This document shows, piece after piece, positions 1 through 8,473 of a stretch of 64,000 nucleotides of DNA. The first letter of the stretch is position 1, and each line of letters opens with the position of its first letter. Source of the DNA: a virus; IMG/VR virus record IMGVR_UViG_3300022925_000008, positions 67,198 to 131,197 of that record, one strand, 5' to 3'. The translations under genes were made by a program, and so were the position numbers. The notes beneath the pieces are model-generated. The model was not told the origin of the DNA and did not search any database. It saw only the letters and a list, made by a program, of their open reading frames with translations.

Positions 1-13
1 AATGATAACATTT

Positions 14-478
14 TTATACGTCTATATGGTGCGCTTCAACACCGTGACCAACAGCAGTTGCTCTCGTGTTTCCCGCCAACAGATGATGGTGATGATTACC
101 GTCTTTATCTTTATGTCTTAAAATGATCGGACGATCAATCGGTTTCTTATCCTTGATCATACCTTGAACACGTTTAACTTTGTCCTTGTCTTCAACATGT
201 TTCATACTCATACCCATTTCGGTGTTACCGACTTTGGTGCCGTGCTTTACCTTTTCAATTGATGATCCATGCATCGCTTTATGAAAAGCATCTTTGTTTT
301 TGGCAAAATGATGTAATGCTTTTTGAATTTTTGGATGAGTATCTTGTCTAAACTCTTTATCGTGTTTCAAAGCATCGCTTTGATGTTTTGTTTCGTCGTG
401 CTCTTCATCCGCCAGACGTTTATGGTCTGGTTTATGATAGGTAACATCTTCTGAAATAAAATTTTTAAACTTTTTCAT
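14..478 (-). CDS. His/Lys-rich putative internal head protein with a capsid-targeting-like N-terminus and C-terminal ParB/Srx-like motif
   Basis: N-terminus MKKFKNFISE resembles the T4 IP capsid-targeting sequence MKTYQEFIAE. 20 of 154 residues are His. Motif PII...LLAGNTR is present, and the gene lies downstream of a TATAAATA promoter. Confidence 0.55.
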   Translation of the reverse strand: MKKFKNFISEDVTYHKPDHKRLADEEHDETKHQSDALKHDKEFRQDTHPKIQKALHHFAKNKDAFHKAMHGSSIEKVKHGTKVGNTEMGMSMKHVEDKDKVKRVQGMIKDKKPIDRPIILRHKDKDGNHHHHLLAGNTRATAVGHGVEAHHIDV

Positions 479-487
479 TGTAATTCC

Positions 488-1867
488 TTAATACAGTTTG
501 GCGAAAGGACCGAAAAGCGACCCTTTCTTTTGAGCAAGGAACGCCAAGTCTGTTAACATATTATTGAGTTTAGCGTTCTTCATTGTAAAGATTTCATTCA
601 ATAAATCCAACTGAATTAATTTTGAATTGGCGATATCTTTCTTGCCCGAACTAAATACTTTCGAAACGTTATTTTCAAATTCTTTTGCACTACGACAACC
701 CATCTCAACCTTCCCAGTTGCTTGTAGTTTCTTATATCGTTCAATATGCACATCTTTTTCTTTAAGAAAAGCGTCGAGTGTGGTGGGATAGTTTCTCCAA
801 GATCTCCAACGATTAGATTCTAATCTATTCTCTAAAAACACCTTTGATGCCATGTTCAAAGGCACCTTACCCAAACGTGCAGAAGAGGCACCAATGTCGG
901 TGCCTTCTATTTTTAAATTATTAAACCCAGCACTGTTCTGTCGAATCTGAAACTTAATGTCCTGCGTCGACGAACCCATGTTCAACTTTGAATCCGTATT
1001 GGTGAAATTGTTTCCGGACAAAGAGAACAACAATTGTGAACTTCTATATTTAAAAGAATATTGAGTGTCGTCGAAAACGTCCATATTTTCAAGGTTCACT
1101 AACTCCCACTTTGCAACCTTACCGGAGATCAACTTTAGAGAAATGCCCACGACTCTGCGGTCATGAAACATATCTCTTAGTATTGCATTGAACTCTGCAA
1201 GAGACGTGCTGTTGTCTTTAATCTTAGCGTCCATGTCTCGTTTAACTTTAGTTAAATCAGACACCAACCAGATATCAGCGGGGTTCCATGTGTCCTTTTG
1301 TGCAATGCCGTAAAGAGTTCTACATCGTTCTGTGATGTATTCCATAAAACCATCGTCTCGTGAATAATGTTTGTAAGAAGTATTACCGACCTCACGATAC
1401 GTGGTCAATTGTTGTTGGAAGATTGCGTTCTCCCACTCTTCATTCATGTTAGGGTAGATTTCCAAAAGTTCTTTACGATACAATTGGTAGAATTTTTTTT
1501 GGTTGGTAAACCCGTTGTTCTCGATCGATTTCTGAATCGCAAACATAGTGGCGCGTTCTTGTTGGCTGGTTGTTTCACCATCCGATCCGCCACCTTTCTT
1601 GGTGAATTGAGACTTGTCGATATCACTCCATTTGTATCCGTTGAACATTGGAGAAAATGAAGTTCCTGGTTTAAGAATCTGGGCGATATTTGTTTCTTGC
1701 GCACGATCAACTGCCGTTAAGAATTCCTTGATCGTAGCAGTTTTGTTGATCTTCTGTTTTATGTTTCCCACAAATTGAAGTTCATCACCCGACTTGATGA
1801 TTTCTGCTATCATCTGTAAGTATGGTTTCTCAAAAGTTAAGTATTTACCACCGCTCATTCCTGCCAT
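488..1867 (-). CDS. PD-(D/E)xK-like (restriction-endonuclease fold) nuclease
   Basis: Motifs TxxQE ... WNPADIW ... GISLK, i.e. the PD...SxK variant; 459 aa. Confidence 0.5.
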   Translation of the reverse strand: MAGMSGGKYLTFEKPYLQMIAEIIKSGDELQFVGNIKQKINKTATIKEFLTAVDRAQETNIAQILKPGTSFSPMFNGYKWSDIDKSQFTKKGGGSDGETTSQQERATMFAIQKSIENNGFTNQKKFYQLYRKELLEIYPNMNEEWENAIFQQQLTTYREVGNTSYKHYSRDDGFMEYITERCRTLYGIAQKDTWNPADIWLVSDLTKVKRDMDAKIKDNSTSLAEFNAILRDMFHDRRVVGISLKLISGKVAKWELVNLENMDVFDDTQYSFKYRSSQLLFSLSGNNFTNTDSKLNMGSSTQDIKFQIRQNSAGFNNLKIEGTDIGASSARLGKVPLNMASKVFLENRLESNRWRSWRNYPTTLDAFLKEKDVHIERYKKLQATGKVEMGCRSAKEFENNVSKVFSSGKKDIANSKLIQLDLLNEIFTMKNAKLNNMLTDLAFLAQKKGSLFGPFAKLY

Positions 1868-1972
1868 GTCATTCTCCCGTTAGGTTGGTTCCATGGACAT
1901 TATCTACTATAACATTATTGAAATCTTTTTTAAATAGAGCAGACACATTTTTAATTCCGTAATTTTCAGAAC

Positions 1973-1980
1973 TATTTATA
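1973..1980 (-). promoter_or_regulatory. T4-type late promoter TATAAATA
   Basis: Exact TATAAATA on the minus strand, ~105 nt upstream of the 459-aa ORF. Confidence 0.7.
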
Positions 1981-1985
1981 TACAT

Positions 1986-2183
1986 TTAATACTTGGGATA
2001 ATCTTCTCTGTCCTCCAATTTAAGGGTTTCTATCCTTAGTATAATTTGAGATTTTTCTTCTTCTGAATAGTCCGACCAGTTGGCAATTTCCATTGCCATT
2101 CGGTGGCACCCAATGCAATACTGACCCCATTTGGGGTCAAGTATACAAACACCAACACAGGGAGAGGGTACTCTAGTCGGCAT
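1986..2183 (-). CDS. DUF1289-family small Cys-rich (putative Fe-S) protein
   Basis: SPCVGVC...CIGCHR...EIANW pattern. Confidence 0.8.
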   Translation of the reverse strand: MPTRVPSPCVGVCILDPKWGQYCIGCHRMAMEIANWSDYSEEEKSQIILRIETLKLEDREDYPKY

Positions 2184-2376
2184 GAGATTTAGATATCATG
2201 AACCTGTGGGTAAGAAAGGAAAACTGTATCGCATAGAAGAAAAACTTTCCTCTAGAAATAACTACAGACAAACTGGGGAGGAAATGAAACTCATCTCCCA
2301 CCTTCCACATATTTTCGATATCAAATTTCATCAGCAGAAACTCCCATTGCGTCTTGCCATCTAGAATCATCGGCAC
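2173..2376 (-). CDS. Hypothetical protein (start uncertain)
   Basis: ORF in the operon orientation; overlaps its neighbours. Confidence 0.45.
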   Translation of the reverse strand: MPMILDGKTQWEFLLMKFDIENMWKVGDEFHFLPSLSVVISRGKFFFYAIQFSFLTHRFMISKSHAD

Positions 2377-2638
2377 TTTTATATGTCCCGTAGAACATGT
2401 GCATTATCTTGCCGTCTTCATATATGTAGGCAGTCGGTAAACCTTCGAGATTGCGTTCTATTTCCACAAGAGATTTTTTATCGGTCGTAAGATCAAACTC
2501 GCGAGCAAAACTAATTGCACAATCCCGAATATCTTGATAGATATCTAAAAGATCGCCTTGAAAAGATTTAACTCTAGAGATTGAAACGTCGTCTGGGGTT
2601 TGAGACATTTGCATAACAGTTATTGTATCTTCAGTCAT
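2321..2638 (-). CDS. Hypothetical protein
   Basis: 105-aa ORF abutting the upstream gene. Confidence 0.6.
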   Translation of the reverse strand: MTEDTITVMQMSQTPDDVSISRVKSFQGDLLDIYQDIRDCAISFAREFDLTTDKKSLVEIERNLEGLPTAYIYEDGKIMHMFYGTYKSADDSRWQDAMGVSADEI

Positions 2639-3121
2639 TTATTGCTCCTCATTAATTACATAACAGGTTTTTTGTTTTTGATCCATGCCGTTGCCGATCT
2701 TATTACCAACAATAACACCAACGATTGTTCCAACGTCCTTTCCGTTAGAAATTTTATGGCCGATTAGACCTCCAACAGCGGCACCAACCGCACCCTTTGT
2801 AGATCCAAATAATCCACCAGTGATGCGCTCGATAGCACCGTTTTCGGTTCGTTGTGTACAAATTACAGAAGGTTCAGAGACTGGTTCTGATTTAATCCAT
2901 GGGGTATTAGAACGTTGACGGTATGCCCACTCTGCTGCCTCTGATCGGTGCGGAGGGTTGGACATTGAGGAACCGTGTATAGTTCGGTCACCAGTACTGA
3001 TTTCTACTTGTCGCAGAACGTGCATTACTTCATATAGTTCTGTACCAGAGGCAGGAATTGCCGTTATAATTAATACGAAAACGATTAAAAACTTAGTCAT
3101 CTTTATTCCTTTTTTGCTCAT
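2639..3121 (-). CDS. Exported glycine-zipper (2TM) protein
   Basis: Hydrophobic signal-like N-terminus (probable start MTKFL near 3100, after an AAGGA SD). C-terminal GAVGAAVGGLIG...VGTIVGVIVGNKIG. Confidence 0.75.
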   Translation of the reverse strand: MSKKGIKMTKFLIVFVLIITAIPASGTELYEVMHVLRQVEISTGDRTIHGSSMSNPPHRSEAAEWAYRQRSNTPWIKSEPVSEPSVICTQRTENGAIERITGGLFGSTKGAVGAAVGGLIGHKISNGKDVGTIVGVIVGNKIGNGMDQKQKTCYVINEEQ

Positions 3122-3127
3122 ACAGAT

Positions 3128-3176
3128 ATTATACCGCTTTTTACTATAATAAAAACCACACGTAAGTTATTGAATT
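3128..3176 (-). promoter_or_regulatory. Early-type promoter: IHF-like box + TATAAT
   Basis: AATTCAATAACTTA, 29 nt, TATAAT. Confidence 0.75.
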
Positions 3177-3182
3177 AGAAAG

Positions 3183-3209
3183 AAAATTGGGGGGCATTTC
3201 TGCCCCCCA
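3183..3209 (-). terminator. Rho-independent terminator
   Basis: 9-bp stem TGGGGGGCA/TGCCCCCCA, 4-nt loop, U-rich tail on the minus strand. Confidence 0.85.
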
Positions 3210-3216
3210 TGGGGTC

Positions 3217-3468
3217 TTACACAGCGTTGGCAGCAAGTGCCTTATAACCAGCAGCAATTACTGATTTTGACGGAGTACCAAGGCGATAAAAACCTTTGGT
3301 GTCGCCTTTACTGTTGGTTCGTTTGTTCAGGTATACGGGGAAACCTTCGAAACGAATGTTTTGAATCACTGCGCGGGGATTCTTGGCGCCGAATCGTGCG
3401 GTGATTTGTTTTGCAGTCAATTGCTGACCTTCCATGAGTGCGTTTAATACACGAGTTGCTTGAGACAT
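3217..3468 (-). CDS. Small basic winged-helix-like DNA-binding protein
   Basis: RVLNAL..G..LTAKQI..RFG..NPRAVI..IR..G pattern; start taken at MSQ. Confidence 0.6.
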   Translation of the reverse strand: MSQATRVLNALMEGQQLTAKQITARFGAKNPRAVIQNIRFEGFPVYLNKRTNSKGDTKGFYRLGTPSKSVIAAGYKALAANAV

Positions 3469-3495
3469 ATTGCCTTTTCCTATTTTCATTTAAAG

Positions 3496-3978
3496 TTACC
3501 AATACAATTGAGTCAGTTCTTCTTCAAGACCATACGCTTCTTCTTCCCAAGGAAAGTTGCGATACTTGTTTTCAGACAAGGTGCGCGCTTTTCCTCTGCT
3601 CGTGGTAAGAGCATTATTGAGAATCTTCGGAGTAAGTTCTCTTCGAATGTACTGCTTCGCATGTACAAGTTCATGTGCCAGCGTGCTGGCGATATCCCTT
3701 ACTGCGTAAGGGAATTTTTCCTCTCCATCGTCATAATTACGACTGAGAGAAATTGCTATCATTCTAGCTCTGGTTTTTTCGCCAAAGTCACCTACGTCGC
3801 AGGTGCCATAGTCAACACAGTATCCAGAATCATTATTATCTAAACGAGGTTTCATTTCAATGCCGATTACAATCAATTCTTTACGGTCACGCTTGAAGAA
3901 ATGATTTACAACGTTGCAACCGAATTGGTGAAACCGCTCTTTTTGCGGAAACCTTCCGCTAATAACTAAATTAATCAT
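3496..3978 (-). CDS. HExxH zinc metallopeptidase-like (SprT/zincin) protein
   Basis: LAHELVHAKQ and PWEEEAY motifs; start taken at MINL, just downstream of the promoter. Confidence 0.7.
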   Translation of the reverse strand: MINLVISGRFPQKERFHQFGCNVVNHFFKRDRKELIVIGIEMKPRLDNNDSGYCVDYGTCDVGDFGEKTRARMIAISLSRNYDDGEEKFPYAVRDIASTLAHELVHAKQYIRRELTPKILNNALTTSRGKARTLSENKYRNFPWEEEAYGLEEELTQLYW

Positions 3979-3984
3979 ACCAAT

Positions 3985-4034
3985 ATTATACCCTATTTTA
4001 TCCACCAAAGAAACCAGACCTATCCCCTTGATTT
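3985..4034 (-). promoter_or_regulatory. Early-type promoter: IHF-like box + TATAAT
   Basis: AAATCAAGGGGATA, 30 nt, TATAAT. Confidence 0.65.
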
Positions 4035-4412
4035 TACAAACAATTTATCGCGGGGATGTGGTTCCATCCAAGATCCGTTGACATAACCAGAGACCAGACG
4101 TTTCGCTTGGCGAATGGCAATTACAATAGACTTGTCTTTGTTATCACCAAACTCTAGGATACGGTCGCACTCAACCAGTGCTTTCTGGCGACCCTTGACT
4201 TCGATGGTTTTGGTAACACCATTCTTAAAGTATTCAACTTCGTAATTGGTGAGGGTTTCGTTCTCGGTTTCTTCTTCGATCACGCGATTTATGATCTCGT
4301 TACACAACGAGATAGGAACCTTAGAGACTCTTTTAGACAGAGTCTCTTCCAGAATTGCCCGACGATATTGATTGGGGATGTCTTTGTGGAAAGAATAGTT
4401 TACTTTAATCAC
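4020..4412 (-). CDS. Hypothetical protein
   Basis: 130-aa ORF coupled to the DUF932 gene (GTGA overlap). Confidence 0.6.
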   Translation of the reverse strand: MIKVNYSFHKDIPNQYRRAILEETLSKRVSKVPISLCNEIINRVIEEETENETLTNYEVEYFKNGVTKTIEVKGRQKALVECDRILEFGDNKDKSIVIAIRQAKRLVSGYVNGSWMEPHPRDKLFVKSRG

Positions 4413-5371
4413 GCTGCCTCCGCCATTTTAACTGCTGTGTTAATAGCAACAACCTTACGTTGAGCACCAAATCCAAACCAAGAGGACTGCATACGTGTGT
4501 CTGCCGTTCTTCCGAGGTGATGATCAGTCATATAGGTCACAGCGTTGAGAGCGTTCCACCAAGTCCCTGGAGCGAGATCTCCTCCTGGTTGGGTTTCGAC
4601 AAAGTCGAAAGTCTTTTTGGCGGTCGGCGAAAGGTCTTCGTATACCTTGACGTCTTTGCCCTTGGCAGGAAATACCTCGTTGAAGTATTTGATCATATCG
4701 GTAACATTGGCGTTCTTTCCTGCTAGGAAATTTGCCATATCACGATACTGAGCGAATTTCTCGCTGGCAATGCCCATCTTTTCTTTTACTAAATCCGCGC
4801 TGAACTTGTTTCGGTGATTCATCCGGACTTCGTTGTTGGACTTGGTGCCAAGAGACATCGTCAGCGTATTATTACAAACAACTCGGATAGGAGTCATTCG
4901 CACGTTTACAGACTTCCCGTACTGATGGGGGTTAGAGAATAACATAAAGTTGTCGACCCGATCTTTACCCAAGACGTCAAAAGACTCTTTGATCTTGGCA
5001 AGAACCCAAACGATCTCTCCACCCTTGAGGGATCCGGCAGTGTGCATTTCCATATCGCCTGCTGCACAGAAATCGCCGAAGAAGTCAAACGCTTCATCAT
5101 TCTGGACAGGTTCCCAACCGTCGCCAACCATCGGGGCGAGGACTGCATTATCAGTATCGCGAAGCAAAGCATTAGTGCCTGTCTCGATCATATCGCCATC
5201 GTAGGTAACGAACGAGGGACGCTTTACCACACCCCAGTCTAATCCTGCTGCCTTTTGGAACTGACGCGGAGACAGGTCGCCAGAGACTTTAGTTCCAAGT
5301 CCGTGCCAAGGAGTCTCGCCAACATATGCCATCTTCGCTTCGCCGTTTACAATTTCTAATTCGTGACTCAT
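4409..5371 (-). CDS. DUF932 / TIGR03299-type phage/plasmid protein
   Basis: MAYVGETPWHGLG, QNDEAFDFF, TAGSLKGG, TPIRVVCNNTL motifs. Confidence 0.85.
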   Translation of the reverse strand: MSHELEIVNGEAKMAYVGETPWHGLGTKVSGDLSPRQFQKAAGLDWGVVKRPSFVTYDGDMIETGTNALLRDTDNAVLAPMVGDGWEPVQNDEAFDFFGDFCAAGDMEMHTAGSLKGGEIVWVLAKIKESFDVLGKDRVDNFMLFSNPHQYGKSVNVRMTPIRVVCNNTLTMSLGTKSNNEVRMNHRNKFSADLVKEKMGIASEKFAQYRDMANFLAGKNANVTDMIKYFNEVFPAKGKDVKVYEDLSPTAKKTFDFVETQPGGDLAPGTWWNALNAVTYMTDHHLGRTADTRMQSSWFGFGAQRKVVAINTAVKMAEAA

Positions 5372-5400
5372 TCTACCACTCCTTTCATAATATTAAAATT

Positions 5401-5670
5401 TTAAACGTAGGAACAAACATCATCCCAGATGTCAGCAACCTCTTTACCAGTCATAAACCCAGCTTCTTGAGCAGAATCATCACAACCGCAGGTCGCTTCA
5501 ATAAAAAGAGAAGACGCCATAATTTTCCAAGCAGCACCAAACAGCGTATTATGACGCTGAATAATAGAGGCAAGTTCATTAGCATCAGCACTTCTACCTT
5601 GAAGACAATCATTAGAGTACAAACAGATTTGCCCGTCGTCGATTGAAACATAGTCAATTGGGTGGTTCAT
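5401..5670 (-). CDS. Hypothetical protein
   Basis: 89-aa ORF with an SD (AAGGA), directly downstream of a promoter. Confidence 0.65.
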   Translation of the reverse strand: MNHPIDYVSIDDGQICLYSNDCLQGRSADANELASIIQRHNTLFGAAWKIMASSLFIEATCGCDDSAQEAGFMTGKEVADIWDDVCSYV

Positions 5671-5697
5671 AGTAGTTCCTTTTTTGTTTACAAGGTA

Positions 5698-5747
5698 ATT
5701 ATACCCTAGATCTTGTAAAATCTAAACCTAACCTAAGTTATTGATTT
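5698..5747 (-). promoter_or_regulatory. Early-type promoter: IHF-like box + TATAAT
   Basis: AAATCAATAACTTA, 30 nt, TATAAT. Confidence 0.8.
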
Positions 5748-5960
5748 AGAAGAAGAAAACGTACCAACCCGACCGATATGCTGCGAATTGGAAACGAAAA
5801 TTATCGAACCCTTAGTTTCAACCCTACTTTTAGGATTATTAGCTCGCGCGGGTTTTTTAATAGCAATTTTTGAAGAAGCTAAAATTTTAATTTTTTTATT
5901 AGAAGCTAAAAATTCAGCGGTCAATTTTTCAAGCTCAAGCCTAAGTTCAACTTTATTCAT
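5733..5960 (-). CDS. Basic hypothetical protein
   Basis: 75-aa ORF with an SD, lying between two promoter copies. Confidence 0.6.
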   Translation of the reverse strand: MNKVELRLELEKLTAEFLASNKKIKILASSKIAIKKPARANNPKSRVETKGSIIFVSNSQHIGRVGTFSSSKSIT

Positions 5961-5986
5961 TTCACGTTCCTTTGGTTTATACGTAT

Positions 5987-6035
5987 ATTATACCGCAAAA
6001 CAGGAGAAATAAAACTATTGGTAAGGTATTGATTT
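5987..6035 (-). promoter_or_regulatory. Early-type promoter: IHF-like box + TATAAT
   Basis: AAATCAATACCTTA, 29 nt, TATAAT. Confidence 0.8.
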
Positions 6036-6265
6036 TATTCGAGTATTTGTTGGTTTTTGAGATCCGCCACTTCCTTCTTAGAGAGGTCGCGAAACTTTCT
6101 TCTGCTCACACTCCATTGTTTCTTTGGCTTTGCGAAACGAACTTCAGTTCCACCGACAGGCACATATCCAATAAGGTATGATCCCTGTGTTATGTAAACA
6201 TGGTTCTGTTGTTCGTGATTGCACTTTGACCAGTCCGTAAGTTCAAGTCTATATCTATCAGCCAA
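6035..6265 (-). CDS. Hypothetical protein
   Basis: 76-aa ORF with a TTG start after GAGGA. Confidence 0.6.
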   Translation of the reverse strand: MADRYRLELTDWSKCNHEQQNHVYITQGSYLIGYVPVGGTEVRFAKPKKQWSVSRRKFRDLSKKEVADLKNQQILE

Positions 6266-6294
6266 AATAAATCCTCATAATATATTGAACCCCA

Positions 6295-6344
6295 ATTATA
6301 CCAACTGATGGGGCGAAAAGAAACCACTGCTAAGCCTTTGATTT
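6295..6344 (-). promoter_or_regulatory. Early-type promoter: IHF-like box + TATAAT
   Basis: AAATCAAAGGCTTA, 30 nt, TATAAT. Confidence 0.8.
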
Positions 6345-6509
6345 ACCTCGAGGTTTTCGAACCAAGATTGAATCGTATAATCCGTATCGCCATTTCTTGG
6401 TTACCAACTCGTGACCATTAAACTCTATGACCTGATCTTCACCGTCTCTCTCGATCGCGCTCTTGAGGGAACTGAGACTGTTCCATTTACGACTAGTATA
6501 ATCGATCAT
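6330..6509 (-). CDS. Hypothetical protein, 59 aa (not in ORF track)
   Basis: Translated by hand: MIDYTSRKW...GKSKA; ATGA coupling with the upstream ORF. Confidence 0.55.
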   Translation of the reverse strand: MIDYTSRKWNSLSSLKSAIERDGEDQVIEFNGHELVTKKWRYGLYDSILVRKPRGKSKA

Positions 6510-6667
6510 ATTAGTGGTTTACCTTCTCTCCAATCTAGGAAAGCATGACCTGCCAACATTATCCCGAGAAAATATTCTACAGGGTCGACAGCAAAGAAAA
6601 AGAAAAGCACTGAAAGTGCCAGTTGAATTTTGACCGAATGGTCATAAATTATATCACGTATATCCAT
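6506..6667 (-). CDS. Small membrane protein, 53 aa (not in ORF track)
   Basis: MDIRDIIYDHSVKIQLALSVLFFFFAVD...; TAATG coupling with the upstream ORF. Confidence 0.55.
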   Translation of the reverse strand: MDIRDIIYDHSVKIQLALSVLFFFFAVDPVEYFLGIMLAGHAFLDWREGKPLI

Positions 6668-7041
6668 TATGATATCATCTCCGAAATTTCACGAGCATAT
6701 TTGGGGTTTGTTACAGGGACTGCGTTGGATTTGTGGAGGGTGGCGATGCCGATAACGAAGTCTCCCGTGTACCGCTGGGACTCTCGTTTGTCGCCTCCTG
6801 CCTTTCTTGAAGTAAGAGGTGCTGACGGGTAGCGTTCTGTCTCTGCCGCGCGTTCTGTTGCATACGTCTTTGTTGGTTTGTATTCCTGAAACTTAGGCGG
6901 GACATATTTGACACAGACTTCTCCTTTTGGTTTACGAGGTTTACGTTTGCGACCATTAAAATCATACTTATAAGATCCGAAAACCCTCATGTTAACACGC
7001 CACCTCCCAACTAATATAAGGACGAGTGTCTCCACTACCAT
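6667..7041 (-). CDS. Basic phage hypothetical protein (true start probably MRVFG, near 6990)
   Basis: C-terminal IGIATLHKSNAVPV motif, recalled from T4-like phage hypotheticals. Confidence 0.65.
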   Translation of the reverse strand: MVVETLVLILVGRWRVNMRVFGSYKYDFNGRKRKPRKPKGEVCVKYVPPKFQEYKPTKTYATERAAETERYPSAPLTSRKAGGDKRESQRYTGDFVIGIATLHKSNAVPVTNPKYAREISEMIS

Positions 7042-7555
7042 TCCAGTTTACTTTGCAACCACTCGCTTCAATGAGAGGAATGACTGCCTTGAAGTTTTCA
7101 ACACCCTCATCACTGCCATCAAAACAGAACGTAGAACTTCCAGCAACTTCGGGAGGCATACAAGCAAAACCACTCACGCTGGTGTCAGGTTCATAGTCAA
7201 GATCATCAAACGAACCGTAGAGAATACCTTCACCACCGCAGTGGTCACACTCGACGTATTCCTGATTTTCGTCGCCAAACTCACCTTCGAGAACTTGTCC
7301 ATCACCATCACAGTCAGGGCAATCTTCACCATCGCTATCAATCACACAGTCCTGCGAGTGATTGAACAATGCCTTGGTATGGTCAACATCAAAAGGAACC
7401 TCGCTCCACGCACACGACTGGCAACACGGCATGTTCCATTCCACAAACCAACCTTCGGCGCGAAGTACCTCTTGCATCTTAGCAAAACTCATAATAATCT
7501 TCTCTTTATTTCTGTTGTTATTATTATACCATATAACACTATCAAAGAAAACCAC
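6992..7555 (-). CDS. Cys-rich protein (CCxSC motif with a CxxCxGxG zinc-finger insert); true start probably near 7492
   Basis: CCQSCAW, CPDCDGDG and CDHCGGEG motifs. Confidence 0.65.
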   Translation of the reverse strand: MVFFDSVIWYNNNNRNKEKIIMSFAKMQEVLRAEGWFVEWNMPCCQSCAWSEVPFDVDHTKALFNHSQDCVIDSDGEDCPDCDGDGQVLEGEFGDENQEYVECDHCGGEGILYGSFDDLDYEPDTSVSGFACMPPEVAGSSTFCFDGSDEGVENFKAVIPLIEASGCKVNWNGSGDTRPYISWEVAC

Positions 7556-7572
7556 AGGTAAGTAATTGGTTT
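7523..7572 (-). promoter_or_regulatory. Early-type promoter: IHF-like box + TATAAT
   Basis: AAACCAATTACTTA, 30 nt, TATAAT. Confidence 0.75.
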
Positions 7573-7580
7573 AGAACGAA

Positions 7581-7868
7581 TTATCCATCTGCGAGCGTAG
7601 TTTTGTTCATATTTTCCCACCCAGTAATTACGTGGCGGAGAGAACGAGATAAAGCTGCTGAGTTAGAAATCTTCGAAGCATATGCTTCCACTGATTTCAT
7701 TTCTTCTCGAGTAAAATCTTTTGGGTGGGGTTTGCCCAAAAATGTACTAACCAACCCAAACCCAAGTTCAAATAAGAACTGATCCAACTCTGCCTCTACT
7801 TCTTCGAAATTTTCGAGTGTGAATTCTTTGTTGAATTTTTCGCCACCAACTGATTCGATCTTACCCAT
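7581..7868 (-). CDS. Hypothetical protein
   Basis: 95-aa ORF in the operon. Confidence 0.6.
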   Translation of the reverse strand: MGKIESVGGEKFNKEFTLENFEEVEAELDQFLFELGFGLVSTFLGKPHPKDFTREEMKSVEAYASKISNSAALSRSLRHVITGWENMNKTTLADG

Positions 7869-8016
7869 TCAATACAACCCCAACTCCTACTGCGATAAAA
7901 GAGACAACCATTAGAACATACAATCCAAACACTGCTAATTCTAGGCGATCAAATTTCTTTTCTTGTTCAGCAAAAGATCTCTCAATCCCTGCCATTGCTT
8001 CGTTTATCTTACTCAT
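7861..8016 (-). CDS. Small membrane protein, 51 aa (not in ORF track)
   Basis: MSKINEAMAGIERS...LAVFGLYVLMVVSFIAVGVGVVLNG. Confidence 0.6.
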   Translation of the reverse strand: MSKINEAMAGIERSFAEQEKKFDRLELAVFGLYVLMVVSFIAVGVGVVLNG

Positions 8017-8265
8017 GCAGACACCTCCTCCGTCTTGACAAAAATAGAAGGATTTGCGTTAACAAAATGCGCTGCTGCGCTTAGGTGGCTGTCGAGTTCA
8101 GAGGGACTTATCCCGAGATGGGTGCAGTAATAGTCAGCCCATTCTTGGGTAGAGGTGATCTCTAAAGCGATTTTTGCTGCGACAAACAATCCCTGCGCGG
8201 CCTCTGGCACCATTGCTTCGTTTATCTTACTCATGCAGACACATCCTCCGTCTTGACAAAAATAG
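7992..8265. repeat. 56-bp direct repeat pair (7992-8047 and 8210-8265, one mismatch)
   Basis: CCATTGCTTCGTTTATCTTACTCATGCAGACAC[C/A]TCCTCCGTCTTGACAAAAATAG, read directly from the sequence. Confidence 0.95.
8013..8234 (-). CDS. Hypothetical protein bounded by the direct repeats
   Basis: 73 aa; starts MSKINEAM and ends IFVKTEEVSA. Confidence 0.65.
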   Translation of the reverse strand: MSKINEAMVPEAAQGLFVAAKIALEITSTQEWADYYCTHLGISPSELDSHLSAAAHFVNANPSIFVKTEEVSA

Positions 8266-8446
8266 TATACTCAGTGTTGTGATTTTTGTTGATCATATCA
8301 ACAGCAAAACCATCGTCAAAAACTTCTGAGACGTAACCAGTAGCACGTTTGTTTTTCCGAACACCACCTTTGCCAAACGCAGGCAGAGGGAAAGTTACGT
8401 ACATACCATTCAAAAACGCTTTTGGATTATTGCTTAATTCAGTCAT
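8231..8446 (-). CDS. Hypothetical protein (SH3-like)
   Basis: 71 aa with an SD (AAGGA); ends IFVKTEDVSA. Confidence 0.6.
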   Translation of the reverse strand: MTELSNNPKAFLNGMYVTFPLPAFGKGGVRKNKRATGYVSEVFDDGFAVDMINKNHNTEYTIFVKTEDVSA

Positions 8447-8473
8447 TTTATTTCCTTTTTTGTTTATGTTATT

